This document shows positions 10,001 through 18,797 of a stretch of DNA of 64,000 nucleotides, piece after piece (the stretch's first letter is position 1; every line of letters begins with the position of its first letter). A program made the position numbers and the translations under genes. Where the stretch lies: the IMG/VR virus record IMGVR_UViG_3300042309_002320, positions 37,116-101,115 of that record; one strand, written 5' to 3'. The stretch comes from a virus. The notes below the pieces were generated by a model, which had not been told where the DNA came from, did not search any database, and saw only the letters and a list, made by a program, of their open reading frames with translations.

Positions 10001-12200
10001 CTATATCTGCTGGATCCGGTTTAATCGGAGGCGGAGGTTTTCCTATTCCTCCCGGCCCCGTTGACGGAAAAGAAGTTGATATTGGTGACAAATATCGTCC
10101 TCTAACATCTTTAGGAAAAAATTGATTGGGAGTATTGTTTAGATCGGGGCTCATTAGACCAACAAGACTAGTAACATAAAATGTTTTAATCTTAACAAAT
10201 GTGCCGTATGGAGTTATAATCGTGCATTTTATTTGATACCTTCCTGTAGAATATGGAGCAACATAAACTTCTGGCCCATGAGACAATGATTCAAAGCCAA
10301 CAACTTGTCCAGTATAATCTTTTATAGTTTGTTGAACCTGAGATGTATCAGAAAATAATTGTGGGCCACCTTTAGTAGATATAGATAAAATAATATCATT
10401 AATAAATAATACTGGTGGTCCACTAACTTTTTCCCATTTACACACAAAATCTTTTCTGACTAATATATCAGAAGGATTATTCTCATCCTCTGCTGTTTTA
10501 TAAGAATCTATATCCAGAGTTTCTGGTAAAACTCTTAATAGAATTAGATCCGATAGATTACTAGTGTAGTTTAATCCTAGCACCGATCCATCTTTATATT
10601 TAAAAACGCATGTATTTGGACTATTGTCATTTTTAATGTTATTGTATTCTGGTAAACTTGGATCATTAGTAGATTTAGCAAGAACTAGGTTGATTTTATT
10701 GATTTTTTCATTATATTTAATAATTGGTCTAGCAGAATCCCATAGCATCAGGTCTGATCTGGGAATAATATTTGCTGGTACTTTAGGATTTTGTTTAAAC
10801 TTTAAACCAATTCTTGATTTTGTTTCAGCATAATTTGTATCTATACTTAGATCGCCAACCTCTATGCTTTGATTAGTATATAATATAGCATTTTTTACTT
10901 CGGACTTGACAATATATTCACCAAACTGATCTACTCTAACATTCGCTCCGTATTCTAATGGTTTATTAGATGTTACAACCCCTTCTGCTCCTAGTATAAG
11001 TTTAGATCCATATTTTTGTACTAATTTTTGTTTTAATCCTACTGTGTTATATATAATATTATTATTTAAATTTCTAGTATTATCATCATTATCGGTAGAA
11101 CTTAGCTTACTGAAATATGAACTTATTTTATTAAGACATTCTATCGTAGACTGTAAATGACCAATGCCTGTTGATACATAGTTATTATTTATGAAAATAT
11201 TTACGAACTCCATTACTTCTTTAGTATATAATCTACTAATACTAAATTCATCTATAAATGGACTGGTAGCAATATATTTAGATAAATTTTTATAGCTTCT
11301 TGCTGTATGTGTTTGTCTATAAGATTCTCTTCTCTTTAGATCAAATGTTAATTTATGATATATAGCATTATATGCTTGATATAAAGATGGCGAGCAAAAA
11401 GAACGAGGAGCAATGCCAGGAAATTGTGCCATATATTCATCAAAATTTATATAATAACTATATACATCGCCATCTGGAATCCATAAAAGATATTTGCTTT
11501 GTCCTATAACTATGTCGCTATATGTGCTTACGCTACTTGATGTAGAAACACCCATACGATTTTCTTCAACAAAAATATCACTATCTAAAAATAATGCATT
11601 ATTACCAATAGTAGATAATTTAACATAATTATTTTTGCTGTCTCCATAATTAAATTCTATATATTCGCTATTTATAAACTTGCTAGATGTTTTATTTGGA
11701 TCGTTAGTTTCATATAGAGTTTCTTCATCAATTTTAACGAATGATCTTGATGTGTTAAAAAGCTTAACTCTTGCATTATTTGGAAACTCAGATAATTTTT
11801 TACCAGTTTTGGACGGAACGATTCTTTTAAACCAGCACATTAGACCATGTACTGGAAAATAAGATATATTTTGTCTATTTAGAGTCCAATCTGTTGACAT
11901 ATATCCATTTGTTTTCCAAAAATTAAACTTTGGATTAATAATCTTTAAGAAATTTTGTATACCTAAAATATTATTTTCATTATTATATCCTGAAACATAT
12001 CCTTTATCTAACAATAGGGTGTTGTCGATAGTACTATTATCTTTAGTTATAAAAAGAGGGGTCCATACATTATCCGCAGCTTCAGTGGTGCTGATCAGAT
12101 TATTTAGAATATCGTTCCTCACACTAGCAGCATTAATACTGTTTTTTTGATCTATCAAATCTTCTAAAAAGGTTTTATCGTATATAATACAATTATTCAT
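4020..12200 (-). CDS. Giant (2726 aa) tail-tip/structural protein with PKD-like, expanded P-domain-like and hydrophobic Gly-rich segments
   Basis: Last large gene of the tail block. KWEKVSGP...GRYQIKCTI is PKD-like; IKDIEVKL...SWELLL is P-domain-like; WLAILAA...GLGGAGGLGG is hydrophobic. Confidence 0.6.
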   Translation of the reverse strand: MNNCIIYDKTFLEDLIDQKNSINAASVRNDILNNLISTTEAADNVWTPLFITKDNSTIDNTLLLDKGYVSGYNNENNILGIQNFLKIINPKFNFWKTNGYMSTDWTLNRQNISYFPVHGLMCWFKRIVPSKTGKKLSEFPNNARVKLFNTSRSFVKIDEETLYETNDPNKTSSKFINSEYIEFNYGDSKNNYVKLSTIGNNALFLDSDIFVEENRMGVSTSSSVSTYSDIVIGQSKYLLWIPDGDVYSYYINFDEYMAQFPGIAPRSFCSPSLYQAYNAIYHKLTFDLKRRESYRQTHTARSYKNLSKYIATSPFIDEFSISRLYTKEVMEFVNIFINNNYVSTGIGHLQSTIECLNKISSYFSKLSSTDNDDNTRNLNNNIIYNTVGLKQKLVQKYGSKLILGAEGVVTSNKPLEYGANVRVDQFGEYIVKSEVKNAILYTNQSIEVGDLSIDTNYAETKSRIGLKFKQNPKVPANIIPRSDLMLWDSARPIIKYNEKINKINLVLAKSTNDPSLPEYNNIKNDNSPNTCVFKYKDGSVLGLNYTSNLSDLILLRVLPETLDIDSYKTAEDENNPSDILVRKDFVCKWEKVSGPPVLFINDIILSISTKGGPQLFSDTSQVQQTIKDYTGQVVGFESLSHGPEVYVAPYSTGRYQIKCTIITPYGTFVKIKTFYVTSLVGLMSPDLNNTPNQFFPKDVRGRYLSPISTSFPSTGPGGIGKPPPPIKPDPADIEYIIDREKHDIILNSKNLRVHTPIINSIAIHGRGLALPIAMTSDIKVLKSRPEKLINNTLYYLEDYYGGPIKDGKADSSYKYDQSSNIILRYFSDANIQYRLDKIKLEHIRHHSDPKCANCFSLYSTDLYGSRGNWIRGKGSTLDGWENNTYHYRSWGGALDKENNETFSTDFSPKIKSYGGWDNEIINNIGISIPNHPDPGTVFPAITGKPLNYKSDKPSLDPPYFAEGFKYCFEDIIPDNSDKYIDFKKGVFHPQSGWISYDSPLHSGIENLSSVLKFNVGARESYSFSGPSINNIQNDSYIYSGNNLFIIPIQFKSSIEIGIAEGAQWIQESIQCGGTTPCRSDSPPHWVWLNQIHREYGDQDIPSANGKAYDHGYRILRGGDPKRYEARSYDNFSPFMDEFGFISDSENNRFKYLFPVSGPRYPPGPIPEDIVKYMSKARRSNPNCIKDNGEQPANYYENLPNPTGTWKGFRNPRVLNFSIKDIEVKLNFLNYVNTKDLSIVFDSKPCLDELYRIGGGERYKSPIAGGSIFIDQTIQSDFDSLAAPQDWPLNPININNSDLTQYLYSLSNMNTRFTKTSVAGISVPYKEPTSNPHLYLLNQEYIQNHSFNLSLKFSDHANKYNVVNDHNYNNSSGYVAANYQNIINTDDIIKPSICPFGYSDQEVNIYHNAVTANKLNITNNTFSKYAGKPMFDSTVRCPPRGGAGIKGTKGPNKNDVTFFTCAITLYDEHDDMLPNDNTINSQLYTNIYDFTNKINSSSLYSSLCSWELLLHFGDTKKPTAPILSSLNSYGNNEALSLIEYGKPPQYGGYGFMANLKNYKHMMPFVNINAPNIFFQDNTICEASDPELIGNIKGIPGVEFPWLAILAATYAYTGAVGLGGAGGLGGIMAGLGGGDIAMSIAVGQIVNYFNAQRAQDFRQAIANDIYHQDYKRYPFGSPEKILINFSKDNIFWYKAEASIFKYANSPILPYKKYNYIRLNKDTLPELSRFSVKVVENIKDLLEEKSIKELTIGCTEFNAVSGPLTYNNISYHTDDIVDVRFSSTDSSNVCVDGLYFVPTTGKWVSLAQKPSILCEKSDYITRNHVLYNDLPDTEYSIFKNLYSDINQKKLIMIDGTVPFEIFTFKDIVQVSGQNIAPDAIIDVNLIDGPTGETPSVTPTSTQPDQPVAPADTTPKYTTKILGKALIYKDKKPYTILKVDRLDMDKADFISPDNNVIVVFGLSSSTDLKNNPVNMYAFEKESLNRPHPEVYNTTNSYGSYGDGSYTINKNILSQIPMYNNIEKIGNMFNNHKSDRLLYNKMFFTKEQSEQINSLKYVGASVAYPHKLNDVITVVDNNSKYIVNNPANSTTLDNLLSNSKYFSFNNVDFNNIHLTYIRNNNFRDSSMVPYPSGYISIENDYEEKPPIEATDINGDPISNEVFQNLITRLNLLENTNVNLEVESNIGVNTIVATNKVIESYNLSYIYRHYESLTEYNSNKKISELALRVFYQERNDILKLLNETSDYQKARITIKNKTSIISGKIARENIESITVLESVVVDDITTFKENTILKEDIVSITRDFERTRHGIKPQILAKIKTFRPFDRLSLLAFQIEYEYDNDNYWINLDPHQGCSIAEELRPKVLKSITYVCRPANYIQGIYGMPQLAINNICNHKRGSILENEEDDPDGINYSKGSTSGFRSGPYETYKYTIGENIVNKNKTNLEKKATAAGLPIKWEEVTIKRNYHINGNAAGMDTINSYKEIMVTAIETYDVLLSPLEIKDNKADKTNSTQDADVLDIGNLPGGVGGGDPDDPSPPPPDDGNFVSSLPPPGETIGASVPQKSVDGFGLLTLGGIRAGQSMKIYNVCNLDNVNNLKIKFRKIPRQLRGLDIYSTVYRYGPTGLFRPGKRNQISDILDPYEIVEAGSVSGSSFQPILNNNIYYWKCMEIEDTKLVPSTTPLFFQLMNEMMYRTFYGSIDRIENKGTILKSQFLWEMIPYEFFTNTPPPREK

Positions 12201-15200
12201 ACTTTAGTTGCCGATAATGTCCATTTTCCATTAATAAATATAAAAATACCTTTACTTCCAGCAGAGGCCGATAGTTCCAAAGGATTATCAAAATTTACTA
12301 CAAGTAAAGGAACTGATGCTGATCTTCGTCCTTGAATATGATGCAGCCTAACGCTTGCAGAATTTCCAGACCCTATTGTTCCTATAGCCATTACTGATGG
12401 TTTGCTCAAAGGTTCATAAAATCCACTTAATCTATCGTATCTACACAACAGTTTAGTTCCTTTTGGAGCAGTATATCCTGTTTTGTCTACTACATATACT
12501 AATCTTCTATATCCATTTTGCAATGGTTCTTTATTATATTCTATATCATCTATAAATGCTCTAGTAGAATATGTGCTATCATAATCGTCTTCTTTAATCA
12601 TATCGCTTTCTAGTGTTACATAAACATTCCTATACGGACATTTATTATCTGTTTTATTTGCTAAAAATTCTTGTAAAGAGGCTTGATCTGTTTTATTAGT
12701 AACTATAAATGGTGGCAAAATTTCTTCTTTGCATCCTCCTCCACTAGCGTCCCACACTCTTCTTTGCGAATCCCATCTTAAATCTATTGGGCCAACAGGC
12801 CATAAGTCTGGTTTTTGAGCCCAATTACGATAAAAATATTTGGATTTAGTACTTTTTTTAGTCCATTTACCAGTTCCTTCGCCGATCCCTGTTCCCGAGC
12901 CAGACCATGTATATGCTTGTGTGATAATATCGCCTAAAGGAGTTATTCCATATTGTGATGATGATGGGAGTAATGCTCCGGGTGCTTCTAAATTATTTTT
13001 ACCAAAATTTTTATCACCAGTTGTATCAACCAGTCTGAATCTTAAAACTAGACCATTATCATCAATATGATATGGCATATCATGAGCGTTCGGCGCAGGA
13101 TATCCTTCTGTATCAAATCCCCAAGAGTGTAGCATTAGCGGTCCTCGCAAAGCCATAAATCTTTGATTATTTAGTATAAATACATTATCTGTTGCTTGTT
13201 TATCCATATCATATCTATAATAGTCTTTATTAATATTATCTTTTCTAATATTATTATAGAGCACAAAATTATTACCATTCGTTTGAGGATTGTCTCCTCT
13301 GCCAATAGCCATTATGGAGTGTCTACAAATATCATCTGGTAAAGCATAAGGATTCCTAAATTCGCCACTTGGTACCACTATGGGATTTAAACTATATAAA
13401 TTAACATCTGGTAATGATGTTTTTTTAGTTGGGTCTTTATCATTCTTTTTGATATCTAATTTAGCCTTGGAGCATACGGAGCATGGTATTCTTAAAGGCG
13501 TAGACAATTCTGTACCATCTAAATTATAGATTAAGGTCTCTCTAGTATTAAGACACTTAGGACATGCTAAATCATATGTAAAATTATTATAAGATAGTTT
13601 TAAGTTTTGTTCACCACCAAAAAATGTTCCACTACCACTAACCAAAGTACTTAAAGGATAGGTTCCATTTTGTTTAGTTGGATAAAAAGAAACAGGTGAC
13701 AATATTCCATCAAGACTCATAGCGGATTTAGAAGAATAGTCTTCAAATAATTCTGATCCAATTTCATCTCCAGTAATAATACCTGCCCAATGATGATTTC
13801 GTATACTATAATAAACGCCAGAATAAAAAGCTTTATTTTGATCAGTACCATATGATGCATAATCCGAATATCTTAATGATTGTTCTCCATTATTATTTGT
13901 TATATTCCAAGCATCCGTAAATTTAACTCTATCTAAATGTTGTTGAGCTTGACTGATAATTAACTCAACCGGACTTGTGCCGTAAAATCTAGTACGTCTA
14001 TCATCAACCTTGTAAGCTTCTCTTGAAGATCTTGCTTTAGCTAATATATCAAGTCTTTCTAGTAGAGCTTTATTTGATAATCTTTTATTGATTGTGTTAA
14101 TTTGTTGATTAATTTTACTAATATTATTATTTAGTGTTCTTGCTTTATCTGTTAATTCTTTATTAAATAATCCTGTTTTAGGATTATATGTTTGAAAACT
14201 ATAACTAGTTTTTATACCATCGTTGGAGGTTTGAATACTAATATTACTAATAACCGGAAATCCATAATCATTAGAACTATTAACTACTATACTAGTATAT
14301 CTTAAAGTAGAATTTAGATTAGCATCATAAAATATAGAATTTTTTGAAGATATACCATATAATGTATTGTCAAAAGTAGAATTTCTATTTACTCCTAATA
14401 TATTAGGATTGAATGATCCGCCTATACCAAATATTGGTGGACCAACTATTGAGACTCTTCCGTTCTCAAGAACAGACTGATAGTTAACATCATATGCTAT
14501 ATTAAAATTAACAACATTTTCTAAAAATCTTATACCTCCATATTTCCATGGAACATAGTCGCTATTTTGTTCTACTTTAATATTTCCAAATAAATTATCA
14601 GATATATTAGGATTAAGCATAATCGAAGGATCATTGGCCCATGGGCCGTAAACTCTATTGTTGCTCTTTATTGGTATGCCAGCAAAAAGTGGGGTTGCCA
14701 TCCTTGGTTTAATAACATCATGTTTGGTTGCTTGATTGCTAGAGGCCCCTTTGACAACTATAAAATCTTGACTGATTACAGGTAATCTATATTGTTCTAA
14801 ATAATCTATATAAAAACGAAATTCTTGCATTTCTTCTTCTGAATATTCATATCTATTTTGATTTTTCTTTGATTTACCCTTTTCTTTTGGCTCTCTTTCT
14901 TCAGCATCGTCCGCTTCTTTCTTGGCCTGTTTAACAATACCAAGATTAGCTAATATAGCTAAATCTTCTTCGGCAACATTAGCAATCACAGTTAATGATG
15001 GATCAGCAGTATAGCTATTACTTATGCTCATAACCTCTATACCTGGACTCTCAACAATAGCTCTACAGTCTGTAAGATTAATAGGATTAAGAAATACTAA
15101 TTGCGAACATTGTGCAGAAATATATAACTTTGCTCCTGGAACAAATCGATCATAAGGATCATAGTTATTATTTTTTCTAATTAAAATAAAATCTTCATCT

Positions 15201-15466
15201 GTTAATGTATTAATATTTACAGACGGTTGTAGTAATGGACAAAAACTATCCTCTTCATCTTCACTAACTGGTATAACTACATTATTATCAATTCTTTGAC
15301 CAGTATCTGCTGTCGATGTTTTTTCCCAAGCCTGAATCCTACTCTTATCTGCGTCACTAACTCTATCTTCCTTCAGTGCTGTTACTAATTCATCTTTAGC
15401 TTCCTGTAGTTCTTTTTCAGCTTTACTAAGTTCTTCTTTTAATTCTGCTATAGTTTGTTCTGCCAT
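12197..15466 (-). CDS. Large tail-tip/hub-associated structural protein (1089 aa)
   Basis: Position in the tail block; N-terminal coiled coil; CPKC...CSVC insert; beta-rich body. Confidence 0.5.
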   Translation of the reverse strand: MAEQTIAELKEELSKAEKELQEAKDELVTALKEDRVSDADKSRIQAWEKTSTADTGQRIDNNVVIPVSEDEEDSFCPLLQPSVNINTLTDEDFILIRKNNNYDPYDRFVPGAKLYISAQCSQLVFLNPINLTDCRAIVESPGIEVMSISNSYTADPSLTVIANVAEEDLAILANLGIVKQAKKEADDAEEREPKEKGKSKKNQNRYEYSEEEMQEFRFYIDYLEQYRLPVISQDFIVVKGASSNQATKHDVIKPRMATPLFAGIPIKSNNRVYGPWANDPSIMLNPNISDNLFGNIKVEQNSDYVPWKYGGIRFLENVVNFNIAYDVNYQSVLENGRVSIVGPPIFGIGGSFNPNILGVNRNSTFDNTLYGISSKNSIFYDANLNSTLRYTSIVVNSSNDYGFPVISNISIQTSNDGIKTSYSFQTYNPKTGLFNKELTDKARTLNNNISKINQQINTINKRLSNKALLERLDILAKARSSREAYKVDDRRTRFYGTSPVELIISQAQQHLDRVKFTDAWNITNNNGEQSLRYSDYASYGTDQNKAFYSGVYYSIRNHHWAGIITGDEIGSELFEDYSSKSAMSLDGILSPVSFYPTKQNGTYPLSTLVSGSGTFFGGEQNLKLSYNNFTYDLACPKCLNTRETLIYNLDGTELSTPLRIPCSVCSKAKLDIKKNDKDPTKKTSLPDVNLYSLNPIVVPSGEFRNPYALPDDICRHSIMAIGRGDNPQTNGNNFVLYNNIRKDNINKDYYRYDMDKQATDNVFILNNQRFMALRGPLMLHSWGFDTEGYPAPNAHDMPYHIDDNGLVLRFRLVDTTGDKNFGKNNLEAPGALLPSSSQYGITPLGDIITQAYTWSGSGTGIGEGTGKWTKKSTKSKYFYRNWAQKPDLWPVGPIDLRWDSQRRVWDASGGGCKEEILPPFIVTNKTDQASLQEFLANKTDNKCPYRNVYVTLESDMIKEDDYDSTYSTRAFIDDIEYNKEPLQNGYRRLVYVVDKTGYTAPKGTKLLCRYDRLSGFYEPLSKPSVMAIGTIGSGNSASVRLHHIQGRRSASVPLLVVNFDNPLELSASAGSKGIFIFINGKWTLSATKV

Positions 15467-15471
15467 AGTTA

Positions 15472-18400
15472 TTATTCTTTTGGTTTTTTAGCATCTTCTG
15501 GTTTTGGTTGATTCTTTTTATTTATTGCATCATTTAAAGAACGAATTTTATATTTAAGATTATCAATTTTTCCTTGTAAATCACGAACTGTTGGATCTGA
15601 TGCATAATTACTTCTATCGATAGCATTAGTTTTGGTGCGTTTTGTTATGATTGCTTTTTTTGTATTATTATCTAATTTAGCCCACGAACACGTAACATCA
15701 TCAATATTTGGACTAACATTGTATCCTAGAATAGGTCCCAACAAACCATCATCATTTCTAAGGGCGTGCCAATAATTATCGCCAAAAACAAAACTATCAT
15801 CAATATAATTGCCTGGCTCTTCCCAGCCACCATCCGCTATTTCAAAATTATATCTTATATTTTGACTACCATGATAAACAAAAAATGATGACGTTGTGCC
15901 AGGAATAGCTATATCTATATAAGCTGTATCTTTATAAGCATATACGTCTGGCATTTTAACCATATATTGTTTACCATAGTATTTACTAGCTATAGTTTGA
16001 ATAAAACCATGAATAAGTTGTAAATCTTTAATAAAATTATGATTAAGATATAAATCCCAATTCATTTGCATTTTAGAATGCAAAGCATTTCTTGGCTCGG
16101 CCATATGCCCATCTTCTGCTATACTAGGACTAGATAAGTTAGTACCAGCTCCTCCCATACCACCACCCAGATTAACTGTGGATATTGGCTCACCAGGCAA
16201 TGGTGGCGGTTTTGCTTCCAAAAAGATATTTTTAGCCTTATAAGCATTTACTAACATAACAAAAAGATCAGGCTTACTAAAATAAGATTTACCTAAACAA
16301 TATGTCAAATATTCATCAAATCCAGAGCATCTTAACTCTGTTTCTTTAATTGTAAATCCAGCGGATTTATATTCAAGAGTTCTTACAACATTTCTATCAC
16401 TTTCTGCTGCTGGAGTTGAACTACTGTCTGATGATCCGGAACCATCGTCTGATGATCCGGAACCATCGTCTGATGATCCGGAACCATCGTCTGATGATTG
16501 TTCTTGTTGGGCATCAGCAGCATCTTCGTCTCTCTTTTGAGCATTCGGATTATTATTATCTTCTCCTCTATTATTCCATCCTGGCTCTTCATCACTCATT
16601 TTTGGTCTTTCAAGCTCCGGAGAATCAGTAGACGGACTTGTTTCTTCACCCTGTTCTTCCTCGTCCTCTTGCGCAATAAAAAGCGGTGTAAAAGTTATTA
16701 TATTTTGGGCAGATTGTTCCGAAGATGGTGATGGAGGGGGCGGAGGAGGCGGAGACGACCCACGGTTATTTACAGATACTCCTATCTCAGGAATAGCAGT
16801 GGAGCTACCTTGAAAACCTACTCCAGATAATTTATCCGGAGCCCCGCTTCCTTCGCTATCACTATTTGATCCATTCGGTGGACTATTCTCTGTTTCTTTT
16901 TGTTCTTCTTCTGTTCCTCCTTCACTATCGTCATTTTTTTTCTCATCATCTGATGCATCGTCGGTTTCACCGCTAGCATCTTCTGATTTTGGTGTTGAAG
17001 AAGTTTTTTCATTGTCACTAGTAGAAGCTACGCTTCCATCGTACATAGACAATGGTTCGCCTATTGATAATGATGGTAATTCATTAAGGTCAAAAGCAAT
17101 AGTAATCTGATTTGTCCAAGTATCTAAATATACTGGTCTGACAAATCTAAAAATATTAGAATCAGAAGTTGATCCGTATGTAACGTCTAGTTTTGTGCCA
17201 AAGTATGGACAAATAACATCTCTGAATAATGGTATAAATCTTGTGCCAGGATTATTACGAAATATTCTTGTTAAAAAATAATTACCACCTATTACGCTTT
17301 CTGGTCTACCTATTTCGGCATCTCCCCAATAAGGATCAATAGTTATATTATTTATTTTATTTGATCTTAGAAATGGATTTCTAATTTTTGATATTGATCG
17401 TCTATTATTAATAAATCTTTTAACTATAGGATTCCATATATAATTATTTTGTGCATAAGCTAATCTGTAGGTTTTTGCTTGATAAAATCTTTGTTGATTG
17501 CCTCCAAAAACTACTTTTCTAATACTATTCTGATTTGTCTCTTGTCCAAATGAGCTATTTTCAACATTAAATCCAGATGTTTCTAAATTCGATACAACTG
17601 CTGGAATCTGATATGTTGGATTATATTGAGTTCTATTAACAGTAACAACTTTAATAATAAATTCTATACCACCATTAGCTTTAACCGGCACAACAACTGT
17701 TAAAAAATCTAATCCAGTATCTTCTACAATCGTTGATATAAATTCTGATAGGCTTTTATCTGGACTACCAGATATTCTGTAGTCATAGGGAGGAGTGGGT
17801 AAACTACTTAAATCAAGAGAAAAAGAGTTATATGGTAATGATGTAAATCCTCTTCCAGGGCCAGCAGCAGTTATTACGCCAAAAGTATTCATTGTTGTTA
17901 AATGTGGTTCATTAACACCATTATAATTAATACCAACTCTTCTAATACTTTTTGATAAAATTCTACCAAATGGAGAATATGATCCATCCTCGTCTCTGGC
18001 TCCTCCATCAACATTAGCGGTTAATGCATGTATACTATCTATAATAGCTTTGGCACTAATCCCATTTTCATTTAATGCAGCACCACCGAATCTGTTATAT
18101 CCCATGCTTTCTAAAAATCCATAAACATTAAAAATATTAGCAATATTACCTTGAGATAATCTAGCATTTTTTGCACTAGTTACGGCCCCATCAAAATCTT
18201 GTAAGATTATTTTAGAATTATCCAATAAACTATCGAAAGATTCTATTTGTACGCTATATGTTACTCCTCCTGGTCTATTATTTCTTTCCCAACTTCTTAC
18301 TAATCCTATAAATTCAAAATTATCAAATTTAAAATATACTGGAGTATCAATAATATCATAAATATTAATTGGTCCATTTCTATTAACTGTTCCGTCCGGC

Positions 18401-18786
18401 TGCACATAAGTTCCTGTTGCAAAAAAACCAGGATCCTCATAAACCCAATAACTAGAAACAAAAGCGTTTCCAACCCATCTATAAAAAATCTTTCCGGGAG
18501 CATTTTTTTCTTTTTTTGTTAAGCTTGAACTATATGGATTACCAAATTCATCAACATAACAATCATCTCCTATGCAGTTATAGTAATGATTTAATGGATA
18601 ACTATTGGCATTATAATGAGGAATATTAGCAAAAATATTTGGTTGAAAATCTTCTATTAATTCTACTGTTAACGAACTAGCTTTTCCTCCCCATCCAACA
18701 TTACTACTAAAAGATACTACACTAGCACCTAAGAATAAAGTCTGTGCCAAAACATTTTCTTTATAATTCTGACAATTAATCGGCAT
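15472..18786 (-). CDS. Large tail-tip/hub-like structural protein (1104 aa) with an acidic low-complexity insert
   Basis: N-terminal FLGASVVSFSSNVGWGG...LTVEL...FEFIGLVRSWE...YSVQI is a beta pattern like tail hub proteins. AGGA SD upstream. Confidence 0.55.
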   Translation of the reverse strand: MPINCQNYKENVLAQTLFLGASVVSFSSNVGWGGKASSLTVELIEDFQPNIFANIPHYNANSYPLNHYYNCIGDDCYVDEFGNPYSSSLTKKEKNAPGKIFYRWVGNAFVSSYWVYEDPGFFATGTYVQPDGTVNRNGPINIYDIIDTPVYFKFDNFEFIGLVRSWERNNRPGGVTYSVQIESFDSLLDNSKIILQDFDGAVTSAKNARLSQGNIANIFNVYGFLESMGYNRFGGAALNENGISAKAIIDSIHALTANVDGGARDEDGSYSPFGRILSKSIRRVGINYNGVNEPHLTTMNTFGVITAAGPGRGFTSLPYNSFSLDLSSLPTPPYDYRISGSPDKSLSEFISTIVEDTGLDFLTVVVPVKANGGIEFIIKVVTVNRTQYNPTYQIPAVVSNLETSGFNVENSSFGQETNQNSIRKVVFGGNQQRFYQAKTYRLAYAQNNYIWNPIVKRFINNRRSISKIRNPFLRSNKINNITIDPYWGDAEIGRPESVIGGNYFLTRIFRNNPGTRFIPLFRDVICPYFGTKLDVTYGSTSDSNIFRFVRPVYLDTWTNQITIAFDLNELPSLSIGEPLSMYDGSVASTSDNEKTSSTPKSEDASGETDDASDDEKKNDDSEGGTEEEQKETENSPPNGSNSDSEGSGAPDKLSGVGFQGSSTAIPEIGVSVNNRGSSPPPPPPPSPSSEQSAQNIITFTPLFIAQEDEEEQGEETSPSTDSPELERPKMSDEEPGWNNRGEDNNNPNAQKRDEDAADAQQEQSSDDGSGSSDDGSGSSDDGSGSSDSSSTPAAESDRNVVRTLEYKSAGFTIKETELRCSGFDEYLTYCLGKSYFSKPDLFVMLVNAYKAKNIFLEAKPPPLPGEPISTVNLGGGMGGAGTNLSSPSIAEDGHMAEPRNALHSKMQMNWDLYLNHNFIKDLQLIHGFIQTIASKYYGKQYMVKMPDVYAYKDTAYIDIAIPGTTSSFFVYHGSQNIRYNFEIADGGWEEPGNYIDDSFVFGDNYWHALRNDDGLLGPILGYNVSPNIDDVTCSWAKLDNNTKKAIITKRTKTNAIDRSNYASDPTVRDLQGKIDNLKYKIRSLNDAINKKNQPKPEDAKKPKE
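16427..16498. repeat. 21-bp tandem repeat, 3.4 copies (encodes SSDDGSG)
   Basis: TCTGATGATCCGGAACCATCG at 16427, 16448 and 16469, plus a partial copy at 16490. Confidence 0.95.
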
Positions 18787-18797
18787 AATATTTCCTA

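Noticed and set aside
15464-15474. Stop-codon read-through or alternative genetic code joining neighbouring genes
   Set aside because: The spacer is 5 nt (out of frame). TAA, TAG and TGA all serve as ordinary stops at coupled gene junctions, and ORFs are very long under the standard code.
16427-16498. CRISPR-like array
   Set aside because: Repeats are head-to-tail with no spacers, are a multiple of 3 and lie in frame within a CDS. The same holds for the repeats at 47421-47610 and 61334-61426.
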